From Nitrospirota bacterium (GTDB lineage Bacteria; Nitrospirota; UBA9217): a stretch of DNA of 64,000 nt. The DNA lies in assembly GCA_035498715.1 (NCBI GenBank), contig DATJZV010000026.1:11923-75922 (forward strand), read 5' to 3'. Of this stretch, positions 39,732-51,020 are shown piece by piece (the first letter of the stretch is position 1; the number at the start of each line of letters is the position of its first letter). Both the position numbers and the translations under genes were made by a program. The notes under the pieces are model-generated. The model worked only from the letters and a program-made list of their open reading frames with translations, searched no databases and was not told where the DNA came from.

Positions 39732-40922
39732 TTATCTCCGCTCCCTCCAGCTCGGGACCGGATAGACATAGGGAGCACTGGCATGCTGCTTCGGCCAGAT
39801 GGTCTCGAACTGACCCTTAATGACCTGGACAGCGAGGGTATCCATGAAATTCTGGTTCTGATAGCCGTCCTTGTCCTGGAACTTGATGGGGCCGAAAGCA
39901 GTCTTGATGTTCGTTGCTTTCAGCGCATCACGGATGCCGTCCGGGTTCCAGTTCTTTGCCCGCTCGAGCGCGTCCTTAACCACGTAGACTGCAGCATAGG
40001 CCGATGCCCCGTGATAGGAAGGATAATCGCCATACTTAGATTTGTATCGCTCGGCATATTCCTTGGTCCCGGGATACTTGAGCTGGGGTGTCCAGAGGGT
40101 CGCACTGACCACGTACTCGGCTGCGTCCTTAGCTCCGTCAATGAATTCCGGAATCGCAAACCCCGCTGCACCGCCTGTGAAGAGCTTCGCTTCTACCCGC
40201 AGCTCCTTGATCTGCTTCATCAATAGCTGGGCCTCGTTCGCGTAAGAGACGGTGTAGACCACATCAGGTTGGGCTTGTCTTACTTTACCGAGTATCGGCC
40301 TGAAATCTATAGCGCCGGTTTCGAACTTCTCTTTTAACACTACCTTGACGCCGAGTTTCTGGGCATCCCTCTCCATCGCGGTCGCCCCCGATGTGCCAAA
40401 GGCCGAGCTCTCATAGAGGATCGCGATAGTTTTAGGTTTAACGACCTCTTTTAGAAAAGATACGAGAGCATTAGCATAATGGTCATTGACCTCGTTCTGA
40501 CGGAAAACATACTTGTAGTTCTGCTTCGTGATGTCGTCATCGGCGCTGGCCACGATCAGGTATGGCGTTTTGCGCTCTTCGGCCACGGCGGCAACAGCTT
40601 TCGCACAGGACGAAGTATACTCGCCCACGATGAGTGGCTGCTTCTTCACATCAATGAGCTTTTCAACGATAGCCCGGGCGATCTCTGGTTTTGCCCCGGA
40701 GTCTTCGAAGGAGAGGGCAAGTTTTTTGCCCTTCACGCCGCCCTTGGCATTGATCTCCTCGGCAGCCATCTCATAGGACCGCTTCATGATCTCGCCGAAC
40801 TTTGCCTGCTTTCCGGTGAGGGGAAGGGGAATGGTAAGGTCAAGGGCGTCCGCTGCGTACAAGGGAGCGGCGAACAGACTTACAGCTAGAGACAGAACGA
40901 GAATGAATGATGGGTATTTCAT
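39732..40922 (-). CDS. livK: Periplasmic branched-chain amino-acid-binding protein (LivK/LivJ family).
   Basis: Signal peptide MKYPSFILVLSLAVSLFAAPLYA and a type-I periplasmic binding fold. GGAGG lies 6 nt before the ATG at 40922; the track ORF starts upstream. Confidence 0.8.
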   Translation of the reverse strand: MKYPSFILVLSLAVSLFAAPLYAADALDLTIPLPLTGKQAKFGEIMKRSYEMAAEEINAKGGVKGKKLALSFEDSGAKPEIARAIVEKLIDVKKQPLIVGEYTSSCAKAVAAVAEERKTPYLIVASADDDITKQNYKYVFRQNEVNDHYANALVSFLKEVVKPKTIAILYESSAFGTSGATAMERDAQKLGVKVVLKEKFETGAIDFRPILGKVRQAQPDVVYTVSYANEAQLLMKQIKELRVEAKLFTGGAAGFAIPEFIDGAKDAAEYVVSATLWTPQLKYPGTKEYAERYKSKYGDYPSYHGASAYAAVYVVKDALERAKNWNPDGIRDALKATNIKTAFGPIKFQDKDGYQNQNFMDTLAVQVIKGQFETIWPKQHASAPYVYPVPSWRERR

Positions 40923-41256
40923 GGGATCCTCCGTCAAGAGTAATCTGTATGTCGATCTATAAAATTCTGAGCTGATAAATGCTATTGTATCATGACTCGC
41001 GATAAATTTCATGACACATGAGAAAATCTAAATTTCGAAAAAAATATTCTAAATAAGCTCAAGATCAGCAAAGGTCAAATCGCAACCGATTGAGCTATAG
41101 TACTTGATGCTTACCGGTAGTATGGTGTTTGCCCTCATGCAACCCTTTTTAATCTCCTTGTCCATGCTACGATACTCACTGGAAGTTGTCTGAAGATTCG
41201 TTCAATCTGTGTCCAATAATTTGTTCCGGTTTCTTGTCCGGACTGTGGACCGTTAG

Positions 41257-42024
41257 CTACCGCTTCCCGCCCGTACAACCGCTTCCCGGCATCCAGGCCT
41301 TGATGAACTCCCGGTTCAGGTTCGCTATGAACCGTGCTTTAATTCCTTTGGGACAGACGGCCTCGCATTCGTAGTGGTTGCTGCAGTTGCCGAATCCCTG
41401 CTTGAGCATCTCCTCGGTCATCACACAGACGCGGCGAGCTGCCTCGAGCCGCCCCTGGGGCAGCATCGCAAGGTGCGATATTTTCGCCGCGGTAAAAAGC
41501 ATAGCTGAGCCGTTTGGGCAGGCGGCAACACAGGCGCCACAGCCGATGCACTCTGCCGCGTCCATGGCAGTGTCCGCATCGTGTTTCGGAATGAGGACAG
41601 TGTTGGCGTCTGGGACGCCGCCGGTGTGGACGGATATATATCCCCCTGCTTGGATCATGCGATCAAAAGCACCACGGTCCACGATGAGGTCCCTTATCAC
41701 GGGGAACGCCCGGGCCCGGAAAGGTTCGACGTAGATCGTGTCGCCATCCTTGAAATGGCGCATGTGGAGCTGGCAGACTGTAGTCTTTCTCCGGGGTCCG
41801 TGGGGGATACCGTTGATGACTTGGCCGCAGGAACCGCAGATTCCCTCGCGGCAGTCGTGGTCAAAAGCGATAGGCTCCTGGTTTTTCCTGACGAGGTCTT
41901 CGTTCACCACGTCGAGCATCTCAAGGAAAGACATATCTGCGGTGATGTGCTGCGCCTCATAGAGCACGAGTCGCCCTTTGTCCTCGGGGCCATTCTGACG
42001 CCAGACATACAAGGTCAGGTTCAT
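41257..42024 (-). CDS. sdhB: Succinate dehydrogenase / fumarate reductase iron-sulfur subunit.
   Basis: [10 protein letters not shown] [2Fe-2S] motif and CxxCxxCxxxCP ferredoxin motifs. Confidence 0.85.
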   Translation of the reverse strand: MNLTLYVWRQNGPEDKGRLVLYEAQHITADMSFLEMLDVVNEDLVRKNQEPIAFDHDCREGICGSCGQVINGIPHGPRRKTTVCQLHMRHFKDGDTIYVEPFRARAFPVIRDLIVDRGAFDRMIQAGGYISVHTGGVPDANTVLIPKHDADTAMDAAECIGCGACVAACPNGSAMLFTAAKISHLAMLPQGRLEAARRVCVMTEEMLKQGFGNCSNHYECEAVCPKGIKARFIANLNREFIKAWMPGSGCTGGKR

Positions 42025-42160
42025 GCTTCAGCCTCGCACAATAAGAATAGTTTTACTTGTCATGGATGGACGCAGCAGAACTCGGATATAAACGTACACC
42101 CTATAACGTAACGGCAAAGGAGCGTCCCAGAATCCTCCTTGCCTCCCTGGTTATTTTCTT

Positions 42161-44074
42161 CTATTTATAACTTCGCACTGATGGTTGAATGCTCTCGAAC
42201 ACGAGCGGTTCCTTGTGGAGTTCAGGCTCCCTGTCAACACCCTTGAACTCCCAAGCTGCAACGTAACTGAAATCCCTGTCATCCCGTTTCGCCTCGCCAT
42301 CGGGTGTCTGGTGTTCCGCCCGGAAGTGCGCACCGCAGGACTCGTCCCGATGCAGAGCGTCTCTTGCCATAAGCTCTGCAAACTCGAGAAAGTCGGCGAC
42401 GCGGCCGGCCCGCTCAAGCTCCTGGTTCAGCTGCTCGCCGCTGCCGGTCACTTTCACGTATCTCCAGAACTCTTCGCGCAATGCTGGTATCCGTGTGAGG
42501 GCACGCTTCAGGCTCTCCGCGCTCCGCTCCATACCCACGCTGTCCCACATGAGTCTGCCGAGTTCGCGGTGGATCTCGGTCACGGTCTTGTTGCCGTTCA
42601 CAGAGAGGAGTCTTTTCGCGAAGGACATGACCTCCCCGCGAGATTTCCTGAACTCCGAGTGGTCCGCATTCACCAAACCCGGTTTCGTTGCGGCGAGATA
42701 ATTTGCAATGGTGTAGGGGATGATGAAGTATCCATCAGCGAGACCCTGCATGAGAGCGCTTGCGCCGAGGCGGTTCGCCCCATGGTCCGAATAGTTTGCT
42801 TCGCCGAGGACAAAGAGCCCGCTGATATTGCTTTCGAGATTGTAGTCAACCCAGAGTCCGCCCATAACATAATGAGGTGCAGGGTAAATGCGCATTGGCT
42901 GTTTGTATGCATTGTCCGCGGTGATGCGCTCGTACATTTCGAAGAGGTTCCCGTAACGCTCGCGGATTGTATCTTCACCCAGGTATTTGATGGCGTCGCG
43001 GAAGTCGAGGTATACGCCTCGTCCGCCGGGACCTACGCCTCTGCCTTCGTCGCAGACCTCTTTGGCCGCACGTGACGTGACATCGCGGGCAGCCAGGTTG
43101 CCGAAGGTGGGATATTTACGTTCAAGGAAATAGTCTCGGTCTTCTTCGGGGATATTGTTCGCAGCACGGGTGTCGCCTTTTTTCTTCGGTACCCAGACCC
43201 TGCCGTCGTTCCGGAGCGACTCGGACATGAGCGTAAGCTTGGCTTGGTGCTCTCCAGTTACGGGGATGCAAGTAGGGTGGATCTGGGTAAAGCAGGGGTT
43301 GGCGAAGAACGCTCCTTTTTTATATGCACGGTACGTGGCGGTCACGCCCGAGGCGAGAGAGTTCGTCGTAAGGAAATAAATGTTCGAATATCCACCACTG
43401 CAGAGACAGACCGCATCGGCGGCAAAAGATTCTATCCTGCCGGTCACAAGGTCACGGATCGTGATTCCCCTCGCTTGGCCATCAATAACAACGAGGTCGA
43501 GCATCTCCGTACGCGGATGGAGGGTCACCGTGCCGGCCTTCACCTGGCGGGAAAGTGCGCCGTAGGCGCCGAGCAGGAGCTGCTGGCCTGTCTGTCCTCG
43601 GGCGTAAAAGGTGCGAGAGACCTGGGCACCACCGAACGAGCGGGTCACGAGATAGCCCGCGTAGTCTCGCGCGAAGGGCACGCCCTGGGCCACGCACTGA
43701 TCGATAATGTTTGCGCTTACTTGCGCAAGCCGATACACGTTCGCCTCGCGGGAGCGAAAGTCTCCGCCCTTGATGGTGTCGTAGAAAAGGTTGTAGACGC
43801 TGTCGCCATCGCCCGGGTAGTTCTTGGCCGCGTTGATTCCGCCTTGGGCGGCTATGCTGTGGGCCCGGCGCGGGCTATCCTGGGCGCAGAAGGAATCCAC
43901 CTGGTAGCCGAGCTCACCAAGGGTCGCCGCAGCGGACGCCCCGGCAAGGCCGGTTCCGACCACGACGATGCGGTATTTCCGCTTGTTCGCCGGGCTTACG
44001 AGCTTCAGTTCGTGGCGCCGCCGTTCCCATTTGTCAGTAAGCGGTCCGGAGGGAATTTTACCATCGAGAATCAT
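42161..44074 (-). CDS. sdhA: Succinate dehydrogenase / fumarate reductase flavoprotein subunit.
   Basis: [15 protein letters not shown]-binding fold; flavoprotein subunit length. ATG 44074 is chosen over the upstream track start. Confidence 0.85.
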   Translation of the reverse strand: MILDGKIPSGPLTDKWERRRHELKLVSPANKRKYRIVVVGTGLAGASAAATLGELGYQVDSFCAQDSPRRAHSIAAQGGINAAKNYPGDGDSVYNLFYDTIKGGDFRSREANVYRLAQVSANIIDQCVAQGVPFARDYAGYLVTRSFGGAQVSRTFYARGQTGQQLLLGAYGALSRQVKAGTVTLHPRTEMLDLVVIDGQARGITIRDLVTGRIESFAADAVCLCSGGYSNIYFLTTNSLASGVTATYRAYKKGAFFANPCFTQIHPTCIPVTGEHQAKLTLMSESLRNDGRVWVPKKKGDTRAANNIPEEDRDYFLERKYPTFGNLAARDVTSRAAKEVCDEGRGVGPGGRGVYLDFRDAIKYLGEDTIRERYGNLFEMYERITADNAYKQPMRIYPAPHYVMGGLWVDYNLESNISGLFVLGEANYSDHGANRLGASALMQGLADGYFIIPYTIANYLAATKPGLVNADHSEFRKSRGEVMSFAKRLLSVNGNKTVTEIHRELGRLMWDSVGMERSAESLKRALTRIPALREEFWRYVKVTGSGEQLNQELERAGRVADFLEFAELMARDALHRDESCGAHFRAEHQTPDGEAKRDDRDFSYVAAWEFKGVDREPELHKEPLVFESIQPSVRSYK

Positions 44075-44204
44075 GTAATCACCTGAATCGGATAACCACG
44101 TGAAAAGCTTCCTTGAACCGCCAAGGCGCAAATAGCGCGAAGTTGTAAAAAAAGATCCAAGTTTTTTCTGGTGTCCTCTGCGACTTCACGGCCAAGTACT
44201 TTGC

Positions 44205-44873
44205 TTACCGTTTCAATAATCCCGCGATAATTGCAACCGGTATCGCACTATACCAGAGAAATAGTATGACGGAGGCTAGCGTCCCTGACTTTTCAAAGAC
44301 AGGGAGCGTCCTCTCATTGTTCAGCCCCCAGGTCTGGATGGAGCTCTGCATGCCGTGGAACAGGTGCAGCCCCAAGGCGGCTAGGGACATGACATAAACG
44401 GCGGAAATGCCGATATATTGAAAATTGTGAACGACCATCATGAATACGTCTGGCCTTCCAAGGATGTCGGGATGGCTGTCCGCAGAAGTTGCGGGGTTCG
44501 TTACCTGGAAGGTGAACTGGAGGAGATGATAGATAAGGAAAGCGATGATGATGACGCCGGTCCAAATTTGGTTTCTTCCCGCAAAGGTTGCGCGGAGGTA
44601 ATGAGTCACAGCATAGGGCTGGGGTTTTGCCGCATGGTTCTCAAGCTTGATCACCGAGCCGTAATAGATGTGGATGGCGAAGGCCGCCATCAGGATAACG
44701 CGACCTCCCCAAACAAAGACCGGCAGGCCGTATAGACCCACGACATAGGCATTGAGCTTATGGAAGAAGATGGTCGAGTTGCCGGCTATATGAAAGATGA
44801 CGAAGATGACCAATATCTGGCCCGATATCGCCATGAGGACCTTTCTGCCGACAGTGGATGTAGGTAATAACAT
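44205..44873 (-). CDS. sdhC: Succinate dehydrogenase / fumarate reductase cytochrome b subunit (five-helix b558/FrdC type).
   Basis: 222-aa polytopic protein with conserved His ligands, first gene of a C-A-B-ordered operon. Confidence 0.7.
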   Translation of the reverse strand: MLLPTSTVGRKVLMAISGQILVIFVIFHIAGNSTIFFHKLNAYVVGLYGLPVFVWGGRVILMAAFAIHIYYGSVIKLENHAAKPQPYAVTHYLRATFAGRNQIWTGVIIIAFLIYHLLQFTFQVTNPATSADSHPDILGRPDVFMMVVHNFQYIGISAVYVMSLAALGLHLFHGMQSSIQTWGLNNERTLPVFEKSGTLASVILFLWYSAIPVAIIAGLLKR

Positions 44874-44982
44874 AAAAGATACCTTGGTAATTGGGAGTCG
44901 GTCACAGCTACGATGCCCATTTTGGTAAAAGCCGTTGCATAATTCGGCTATGGCATTACCGCATTACCGTTTTGCGTTATCA

Positions 44983-46386
44983 TTATTTCCCCGATTCTTC
45001 TCCAATCCCGCCTTCCGTCATCTTCCTCGGATCGAGCAGGCGGTCCAGTTCCTCTTTCGACAAATCCGTCATCTCAGCAGCGACATCTTTTAGTGAACGT
45101 CCCTCGGCGTAGGCCTTCTTGGCGATCTGCGCAGCCTTATCGTAACCGATGACGGGATTCAACGCAGTCACGAGAATCGGGTTTTGTCCTACGAGGCCGA
45201 TGATGCGTTGCCGGTTCACGGTAAAGCCTGCAACGGCTTTCTCCGCCAGAAGGCTCGCTGCATTTCCAAGGAGGGTAATCGACTGGAGCAGGTTATGGAT
45301 AATCACCGGCAGCATCACATTCAGCTCGAAGTTACCCTGCTGGTTGCTAACACTGATGACGACGTCGTTTCCCATGACCTGTGCGCAGGCCATCATCATC
45401 ACCTCGCACATCACCGGGTTCACTTTTCCAGGCATGATGCTCGAACCCGGCTGGAGCGCCGGCAGGGATATTTCTCCCAGCCCAGTGACTGGCCCGCTGT
45501 TCATCCACCGGAGGTCGTTGGCCATCTTCATAAAAGACGTAGCAGTCGTTTTGAGATTCCCGCTCAGTTCCACCGCCGGATCCATCATTGCCTGGGCAGC
45601 GAAATGATTGTCGGTCTCAGTAAAAGGGTGATTTGTGCGCTGCACGATCTTGTCCGCAACGCGCCTGCCAAATCCGGACGGCGCATTGATACCGGTGCCC
45701 ACGGCCGTGCCTCCGATCGCGAGCTTTGCCAAGCGCGGCAGGCATGACTCGATGCGCTCGATAGCCTGCGCTACCTGAAATGCCCAGCCGCTTATCACCT
45801 GGCTGAGAAGGATCGGCATGGCATCCATAAGATGCGTGCGCCCGGTCTTAACGACATCATGGAACTCCGGTTCACGCTTTTTGAGCACTTTATGGAGGTG
45901 CTCAAAGGACGGCAGAAGCATCTCGCTCACTTGAAGGAAAGCACTTACATGTAAGGCGGACGGGATCACGTCGTTCGAGGACTGACCCATATTAACATGA
46001 TTGTTCGGATGGACTCTTGCTTCTGAGATGCCAAGGATATGCGTTGCCCGCCGCGCGATCACTTCGTTGGCATTCATGTTCGTCGATGTCGCCGAACCGG
46101 TCTGGAAGACATCGAGAGGAAAGTGGTCGTCCCATTTTCCGTCGGCAACTTCCAGGGCTGCCTGCCGGATCGCCTGTGCTGTGCTGGGATCGAGCAGGCC
46201 GAGCTCGGCGTTCACCTCGGCGGCAGCGGCCTTGATGAACCCAAGGGCACGGATAAAGGCGCGGGGGAAGCGGATCCCGCTCACGGGGAAGTTCTCGATC
46301 GCCCGCTGTGTCTGCGCTCCATAGAGCGCGTCTACCGGGACCTTGACTTCGCCGAGGGAGTCCTTCTCGATACGAAAATCAGTCAT
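44983..46386 (-). CDS. fumC: Class II fumarate hydratase.
   Basis: GSSIMPGKVNP signature; 467 aa. Confidence 0.9.
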   Translation of the reverse strand: MTDFRIEKDSLGEVKVPVDALYGAQTQRAIENFPVSGIRFPRAFIRALGFIKAAAAEVNAELGLLDPSTAQAIRQAALEVADGKWDDHFPLDVFQTGSATSTNMNANEVIARRATHILGISEARVHPNNHVNMGQSSNDVIPSALHVSAFLQVSEMLLPSFEHLHKVLKKREPEFHDVVKTGRTHLMDAMPILLSQVISGWAFQVAQAIERIESCLPRLAKLAIGGTAVGTGINAPSGFGRRVADKIVQRTNHPFTETDNHFAAQAMMDPAVELSGNLKTTATSFMKMANDLRWMNSGPVTGLGEISLPALQPGSSIMPGKVNPVMCEVMMMACAQVMGNDVVISVSNQQGNFELNVMLPVIIHNLLQSITLLGNAASLLAEKAVAGFTVNRQRIIGLVGQNPILVTALNPVIGYDKAAQIAKKAYAEGRSLKDVAAEMTDLSKEELDRLLDPRKMTEGGIGEESGK

Positions 46387-46717
46387 AGGGAAAAGAATTT
46401 GAAACCCGGAATTTGTTGCTACGCGAAAATCATGAAATTCATGAAAACGATAACAGGGTCTCTTTTCATTGTGTCTTGATGAACTTCGTGGTAATGAGCC
46501 GGGCCCTGAAGCGCTGCAGGATCATGGAGCTGAAATCCATGAACAATGATGCATCGGTGGCTCATGGGTTTAATTATAGCGACTTTGAAAAGATTTTGCA
46601 CGGTGTTTTTAAAAAAATAGAAAGGCACAGGCCACAGTCAGTAGCGAGATCAAAAAAGCCGCTTTTTGAGGAGAGGGGAAAATCGGCTTCATAGAGGGGA
46701 TATGCAAAAGGCTTGAG

Positions 46718-46746
46718 TTGACCTGAAGGATAATTAATTCTATAAT
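46718..46746 (+). promoter_or_regulatory. Sigma70-like promoter: TTGACC, 17-nt spacer, TATAAT.
   Basis: Seen directly. AGGAGG lies 6 nt before the ATG at 46768. Confidence 0.5.
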
Positions 46747-46767
46747 GAAAACAAGAGGAGGTGCGCG

Positions 46768-48180
46768 ATGGGCCATGTATGCAATCCCAGTCCCAGTTAC
46801 AGCATCGTGATAAGAGTAGAGATCGAGAACCGCATCGGCATGTTCGCCAAGATTGCCATGGCCATTGGCAGTGCCGGAGGCGACCTGGGCTCTGTGGACA
46901 TCGTCCGCGTGGAGAAGGGCAAGATCATTCGGGACATCACCGTGAACGCCCGCAACGAGGAACACGAGAAAGCGATCGTACGGGCGATCAAGACCGTGGC
47001 CGGCGTAAAGGTCCTTAGGGTCATGGACCGCACCTTTTCGTCTCATCAGGGTGGAAAGATCGAGATAAAAAACAAACTGCCCGTACGTGACCGAAACGAC
47101 CTCTCACAGATTTACACACCGGGCGTTGCGCGTGTCTGCATGGACATCCATCAGAATAAAGAACACGCCTACCGCTATACCATCAAGGGCAACTCCGTGG
47201 CCATCGTCTCCGATGGCACCGCTGTGTTGGGCCTCGGCGATATCGGGCCCGAGGCGGCGCTTCCGGTAATGGAGGGCAAGGCCATGATCTTTAAGGAGTT
47301 CGCCGGCATCGATGCCTTCCCCATCGTGCTCGCGACTAGAGACGTAGACTCGATCGTGAACACGGTCAGGTCTATTGCACCGACCTTCGGAGGCATCAAC
47401 CTTGAGGATATTTCCGCGCCGAGGTGTTTCGAGATTGAGGCCAGGCTCAGGAAGATGCTCGACATTCCCGTGTTCCATGACGACCAGCACGGTACAGCCG
47501 TGGTCGTGCTCGCCGCGCTCATCAATGTCTCGCGTCTCCTGAAGCGGGACCTCAAAAAATTCAAGATTGTCGTCGTCGGAGCAGGCGCCGCAGGCTCGGC
47601 AACGGTGAGGATCCTCCTTGCCTCAGGCGTCAAGGACATCACCGCCTGCGACAAGGCCGGGGCCCTGTTTACAGGTAGAAGGCAGAACATGGATCATGCC
47701 AAGCGGGAGCTGGCAAAGCTGACGAACCCGAGAAAGGTGAAGGGGAACATTGCTGACACCATGAAGGGAGCGGACGTGTTTATCGGATTGTCCGCCCCTA
47801 ACATCATTGCCGCTGACGACATCAGGAGTATGGCAAAAGACCCGGTGGTCTTCGCGCTCGCCAATCCCGATCCTGAAATATCGCCCGAGGAGGCTATCCC
47901 GCTAGTCCGGGTCATGGCAACGGGCCGATCCGATTACCCGAATCAGATCAACAACATGCTTGGATTTCCTGGGATCTTCCGGGGACTTCTCGACGTGCGC
48001 GCAAAGGGCGTGAACGAGGCCGTAAAGCTCGCCGCCGCGCGCGCTATCGCGTACACGGTCGACGAGGAAGAGTTACATGAGGATTATATCATCCCGAGCA
48101 TATTCGACCGGAAGGTGGTTGCGTCCGTTGCGTCTGCAGTTGCCGAGGTCGCGAAGAAGACAGGACTAGCGCCGAAGTGA
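46768..48180 (+). CDS. NAD(P)-dependent malic enzyme with an N-terminal ACT-like domain.
   Basis: YTPGVARVC, the malic-enzyme Rossmann fold VVVGAGAAG, and no phosphotransacetylase domain. Confidence 0.8.
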   Translation: MGHVCNPSPSYSIVIRVEIENRIGMFAKIAMAIGSAGGDLGSVDIVRVEKGKIIRDITVNARNEEHEKAIVRAIKTVAGVKVLRVMDRTFSSHQGGKIEIKNKLPVRDRNDLSQIYTPGVARVCMDIHQNKEHAYRYTIKGNSVAIVSDGTAVLGLGDIGPEAALPVMEGKAMIFKEFAGIDAFPIVLATRDVDSIVNTVRSIAPTFGGINLEDISAPRCFEIEARLRKMLDIPVFHDDQHGTAVVVLAALINVSRLLKRDLKKFKIVVVGAGAAGSATVRILLASGVKDITACDKAGALFTGRRQNMDHAKRELAKLTNPRKVKGNIADTMKGADVFIGLSAPNIIAADDIRSMAKDPVVFALANPDPEISPEEAIPLVRVMATGRSDYPNQINNMLGFPGIFRGLLDVRAKGVNEAVKLAAARAIAYTVDEEELHEDYIIPSIFDRKVVASVASAVAEVAKKTGLAPK

Positions 48181-48338
48181 CGAGCGCCGATGTCAAACGT
48201 GTTTTTATCACAAAGACGCTAAGACCGACGAGAAAGATCCGCACATCTTTTTTAAACCTCGCGATCCCTGTATCATCAGCGAGAAAGAAGCAGTTTCAGC
48301 ATCCTTGAGGAATTAACTCATCGTTAAGGGACAAACCT

Positions 48339-49610
48339 ATGACCAGAAATCATGAACGATTACACCGGGACGAGAAAGACCTCCGCAGCCTCGCCATGAC
48401 CGAGCTGCAGACCATCTATGCCGATCTCGGCCTGTCTCAAGACGAACTTGACCTCCTGGCAGTGCCGCGCCGCTCCTTCACTGTGAGCTTCCCGGTAAAA
48501 ACGACCCTCGGCAAGACACAGATGTTTACGGGATACCGCGTACAGTACAATGACGCTCGCGGACCTGCCAAAGGTGGCATCAGATTCCATCCCGACATGA
48601 CCCTGGAGCACACAAGCGACCTCGCCTTTCTCATGGCCCTCAAGTGTGCCGTCGTGAACATCCCCTTCGGGGGGTCAAAGGGCGGAGTAGTCGTCGATCC
48701 CCTGCAACTCAGCCAAGGTGAGCTCGAGCTTGTGACGCGCGGCTACATCCGTGCCATTGCGGATTTCATCGGTCCATTCAAAGATATCCCCGCGCCTGAC
48801 GTATATACCGACGAGCATATCATGGCATGGATTCTCGACGAGTACGAACGAATCATGCGCGAACATATCCCCGCCGTGGTTACGGGAAAGCCACCCGAGC
48901 TCGGCGGCATCGGCGTGCGCAGGTATTCTACCGCACTTGGTGGCGTGCACGTGCTCGAGCAGGCCATGAGGGAAAGAGGCATGGAAGCTCACGGAACGCG
49001 GGTCGCGGTCCAAGGCTTCGGGAATGTGGGCGCCAATGTCGCACGGATCCTCCATCACTGGGGCTACACGGTCGTTGCCGTGAGCGACGTGAACGGAGCC
49101 ATTCTGAACCCGAATGGCATCGACATCTCCTCGCTCAGGCACCACAAGAACAAGGCCGGCAGCGTCGTAGGTTTCCCCAGCGCAACGGGTATCACGAATG
49201 CCGAACTCCTCACCACCGAATGCGACGTGCTCATCCCGGCGGCCCTTTCGAACCAGCTTGATGAGGATAATGCGCGAGACGTAAAGGCAAAGATCATCCT
49301 CGAGCTCGCCAACGCCCCTGTAACTGCTGCGGCCGACGATATTTTCTTCAGCAGGGACGTCCTCGTCATTCCGGACATCCTCGCGAACGCCGGCGGTGTC
49401 GTGGTGAGCTACTTCGAATGGAGCCAGAACCTGAGCAACGATCGCTGGCCGGAACAGAAGGTCCTCGAGAAATTAAAACAGACCATGACCAACGCCTTCA
49501 ATGATGTACATACACTCTGCAGGGAAATCCGGTGCAGACTGCGCAAGGCTGCGTATCAGCTGGCAGTGAAGCGGATCCTGCACGTCGAGCGGCTCCGGGG
49601 GAATCTGTAG
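48339..49610 (+). CDS. gdhA: Glutamate dehydrogenase (Glu/Leu/Phe/Val dehydrogenase family).
   Basis: AKGGIRFHP...FGGSKGGV and the NAD-binding GFGNVG. Confidence 0.85.
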   Translation: MTRNHERLHRDEKDLRSLAMTELQTIYADLGLSQDELDLLAVPRRSFTVSFPVKTTLGKTQMFTGYRVQYNDARGPAKGGIRFHPDMTLEHTSDLAFLMALKCAVVNIPFGGSKGGVVVDPLQLSQGELELVTRGYIRAIADFIGPFKDIPAPDVYTDEHIMAWILDEYERIMREHIPAVVTGKPPELGGIGVRRYSTALGGVHVLEQAMRERGMEAHGTRVAVQGFGNVGANVARILHHWGYTVVAVSDVNGAILNPNGIDISSLRHHKNKAGSVVGFPSATGITNAELLTTECDVLIPAALSNQLDEDNARDVKAKIILELANAPVTAAADDIFFSRDVLVIPDILANAGGVVVSYFEWSQNLSNDRWPEQKVLEKLKQTMTNAFNDVHTLCREIRCRLRKAAYQLAVKRILHVERLRGNL

Positions 49611-49989
49611 CCCTGTCTTTTTTGCACCGACTGCTGTCTGATTTTTCATCTCCGTCCATTATTTTCTGATCTCAAAGACATCTCCATCTGTCTCTGCACG
49701 AAGCACGTCATCATGGGCAAGGTGGCGGTTGTTACCGGCGGTTTCAAGTTTACGAACATGCAGAGGGGAAAACGCCTCGAACCTGCTTGTCATCAAATTG
49801 GACACGCTGGCAGCCGCCTCTGTCGACAACTAGAACCAGTTCGAGAAGCATTCCGTCGAGTCCAAGAAAACCGCGGGACAAGGATGCAGAAAAGGAGCCG
49901 GGAAAGAAGAAGAGTCCACAAATCAGAAAATAATGGTGGGCGCTGTGTGAACAGCAATTTTCAGTATGGCTTCCTGAACACCTCTGATC

Positions 49990-50718
49990 CTATTTGTCAA
50001 GAAGCCGTTTGACCGCCCTGTCAATACCCTTCTCAAGGTATCGCTCCGTGCCGGCCTGGGCAACTTCCCGCCCTACATCTTCCACGAGGGCTGTCAGCAC
50101 CTGCTGGGCCAGTTGGGATGGCGAGGCACCGCCAGGCTTGCCGATGTCGGTCAATTCGACCCGCTGCAAAGAGACGATCTTCGGCTTGTCCCCGAGGGCG
50201 GCGACGCGGACGTCGATCCGGCCGCTCTCGATAACGAGCTTTTTGATGATGAACTTCATATCTTCGCCCTGGGTCTTTTGTTCTCCCTGGGCCTTCCTCG
50301 GCGCATTCGCTTTGTATCCTTCGATGTTCTTCTTGAGAACGCCAATGTTCGACGTGCCCGACGTGTTAATCTCATAAACGACCTGGGAATCTGATATGCG
50401 GATTTCATCGATCACAATCGGGTGTGTGGTGACCGTGGCGGGATCAATTCTGGCGCTGATCGTTCCCAAGCGAAAAACGTAGGGCGAGGAAAACCCGAAC
50501 GGATTCGCCACGGTCAGGCCAGCAATAACACCCTTGCCGGAGGCGAGGTGAATCGAGACCGAGGACACACGAATAGCGGTTTTCGTCGCCTCGGAGCCGT
50601 ATCGCTCAATTGCCGCCTTGACGAGCCCATTGATATTCGTCCAGATGAAGATGAGTGCCGCGGCGATCACGATAGCCAGCCCACCGGCAAAGATTAGTAC
50701 TTTTCGGCCGCCTTTCAA
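49990..50718 (-). CDS. Hypothetical membrane-anchored protein.
   Basis: TTG start with a perfect AAGGAGG 7 nt upstream; N-terminal TM helix; no confident family. Confidence 0.5.
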   Translation of the reverse strand: MKGGRKVLIFAGGLAIVIAAALIFIWTNINGLVKAAIERYGSEATKTAIRVSSVSIHLASGKGVIAGLTVANPFGFSSPYVFRLGTISARIDPATVTTHPIVIDEIRISDSQVVYEINTSGTSNIGVLKKNIEGYKANAPRKAQGEQKTQGEDMKFIIKKLVIESGRIDVRVAALGDKPKIVSLQRVELTDIGKPGGASPSQLAQQVLTALVEDVGREVAQAGTERYLEKGIDRAVKRLLDK

Positions 50719-51020
50719 AATTATACCTCCTTAGTCTCGTGTCCCTTTCATGATAGGGAAGTTTCCGGTTATTTTCAAGGATTATTTGGTGCATGGAAAG
50801 CTTGTAATAATCTGCAATCCAGGTATACTTTTTAAATAAACACAAAAAGGAATCTTATTGCCGTTGATGGCGGGTAGACACCGCAGATGGTGGTGTGGGC
50901 AAGGATTGCTAAGATAAAAATCACAGCAATAGAGTCTTAGAATCCGGTTTCTGCATTATGTTTGACGCTGCTTGCCAGACCGGCAAATAGTCAGTTCTGG
51001 TTTAAAACGCTCTGTGAGAA

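Noticed and set aside
49713-50012. ORF beginning MGKVAVVTGG, resembling a short-chain dehydrogenase N-terminus.
   Set aside because: Only the first 10 residues look SDR-like; the rest and the other frames show no SDR motifs. Likely chance.
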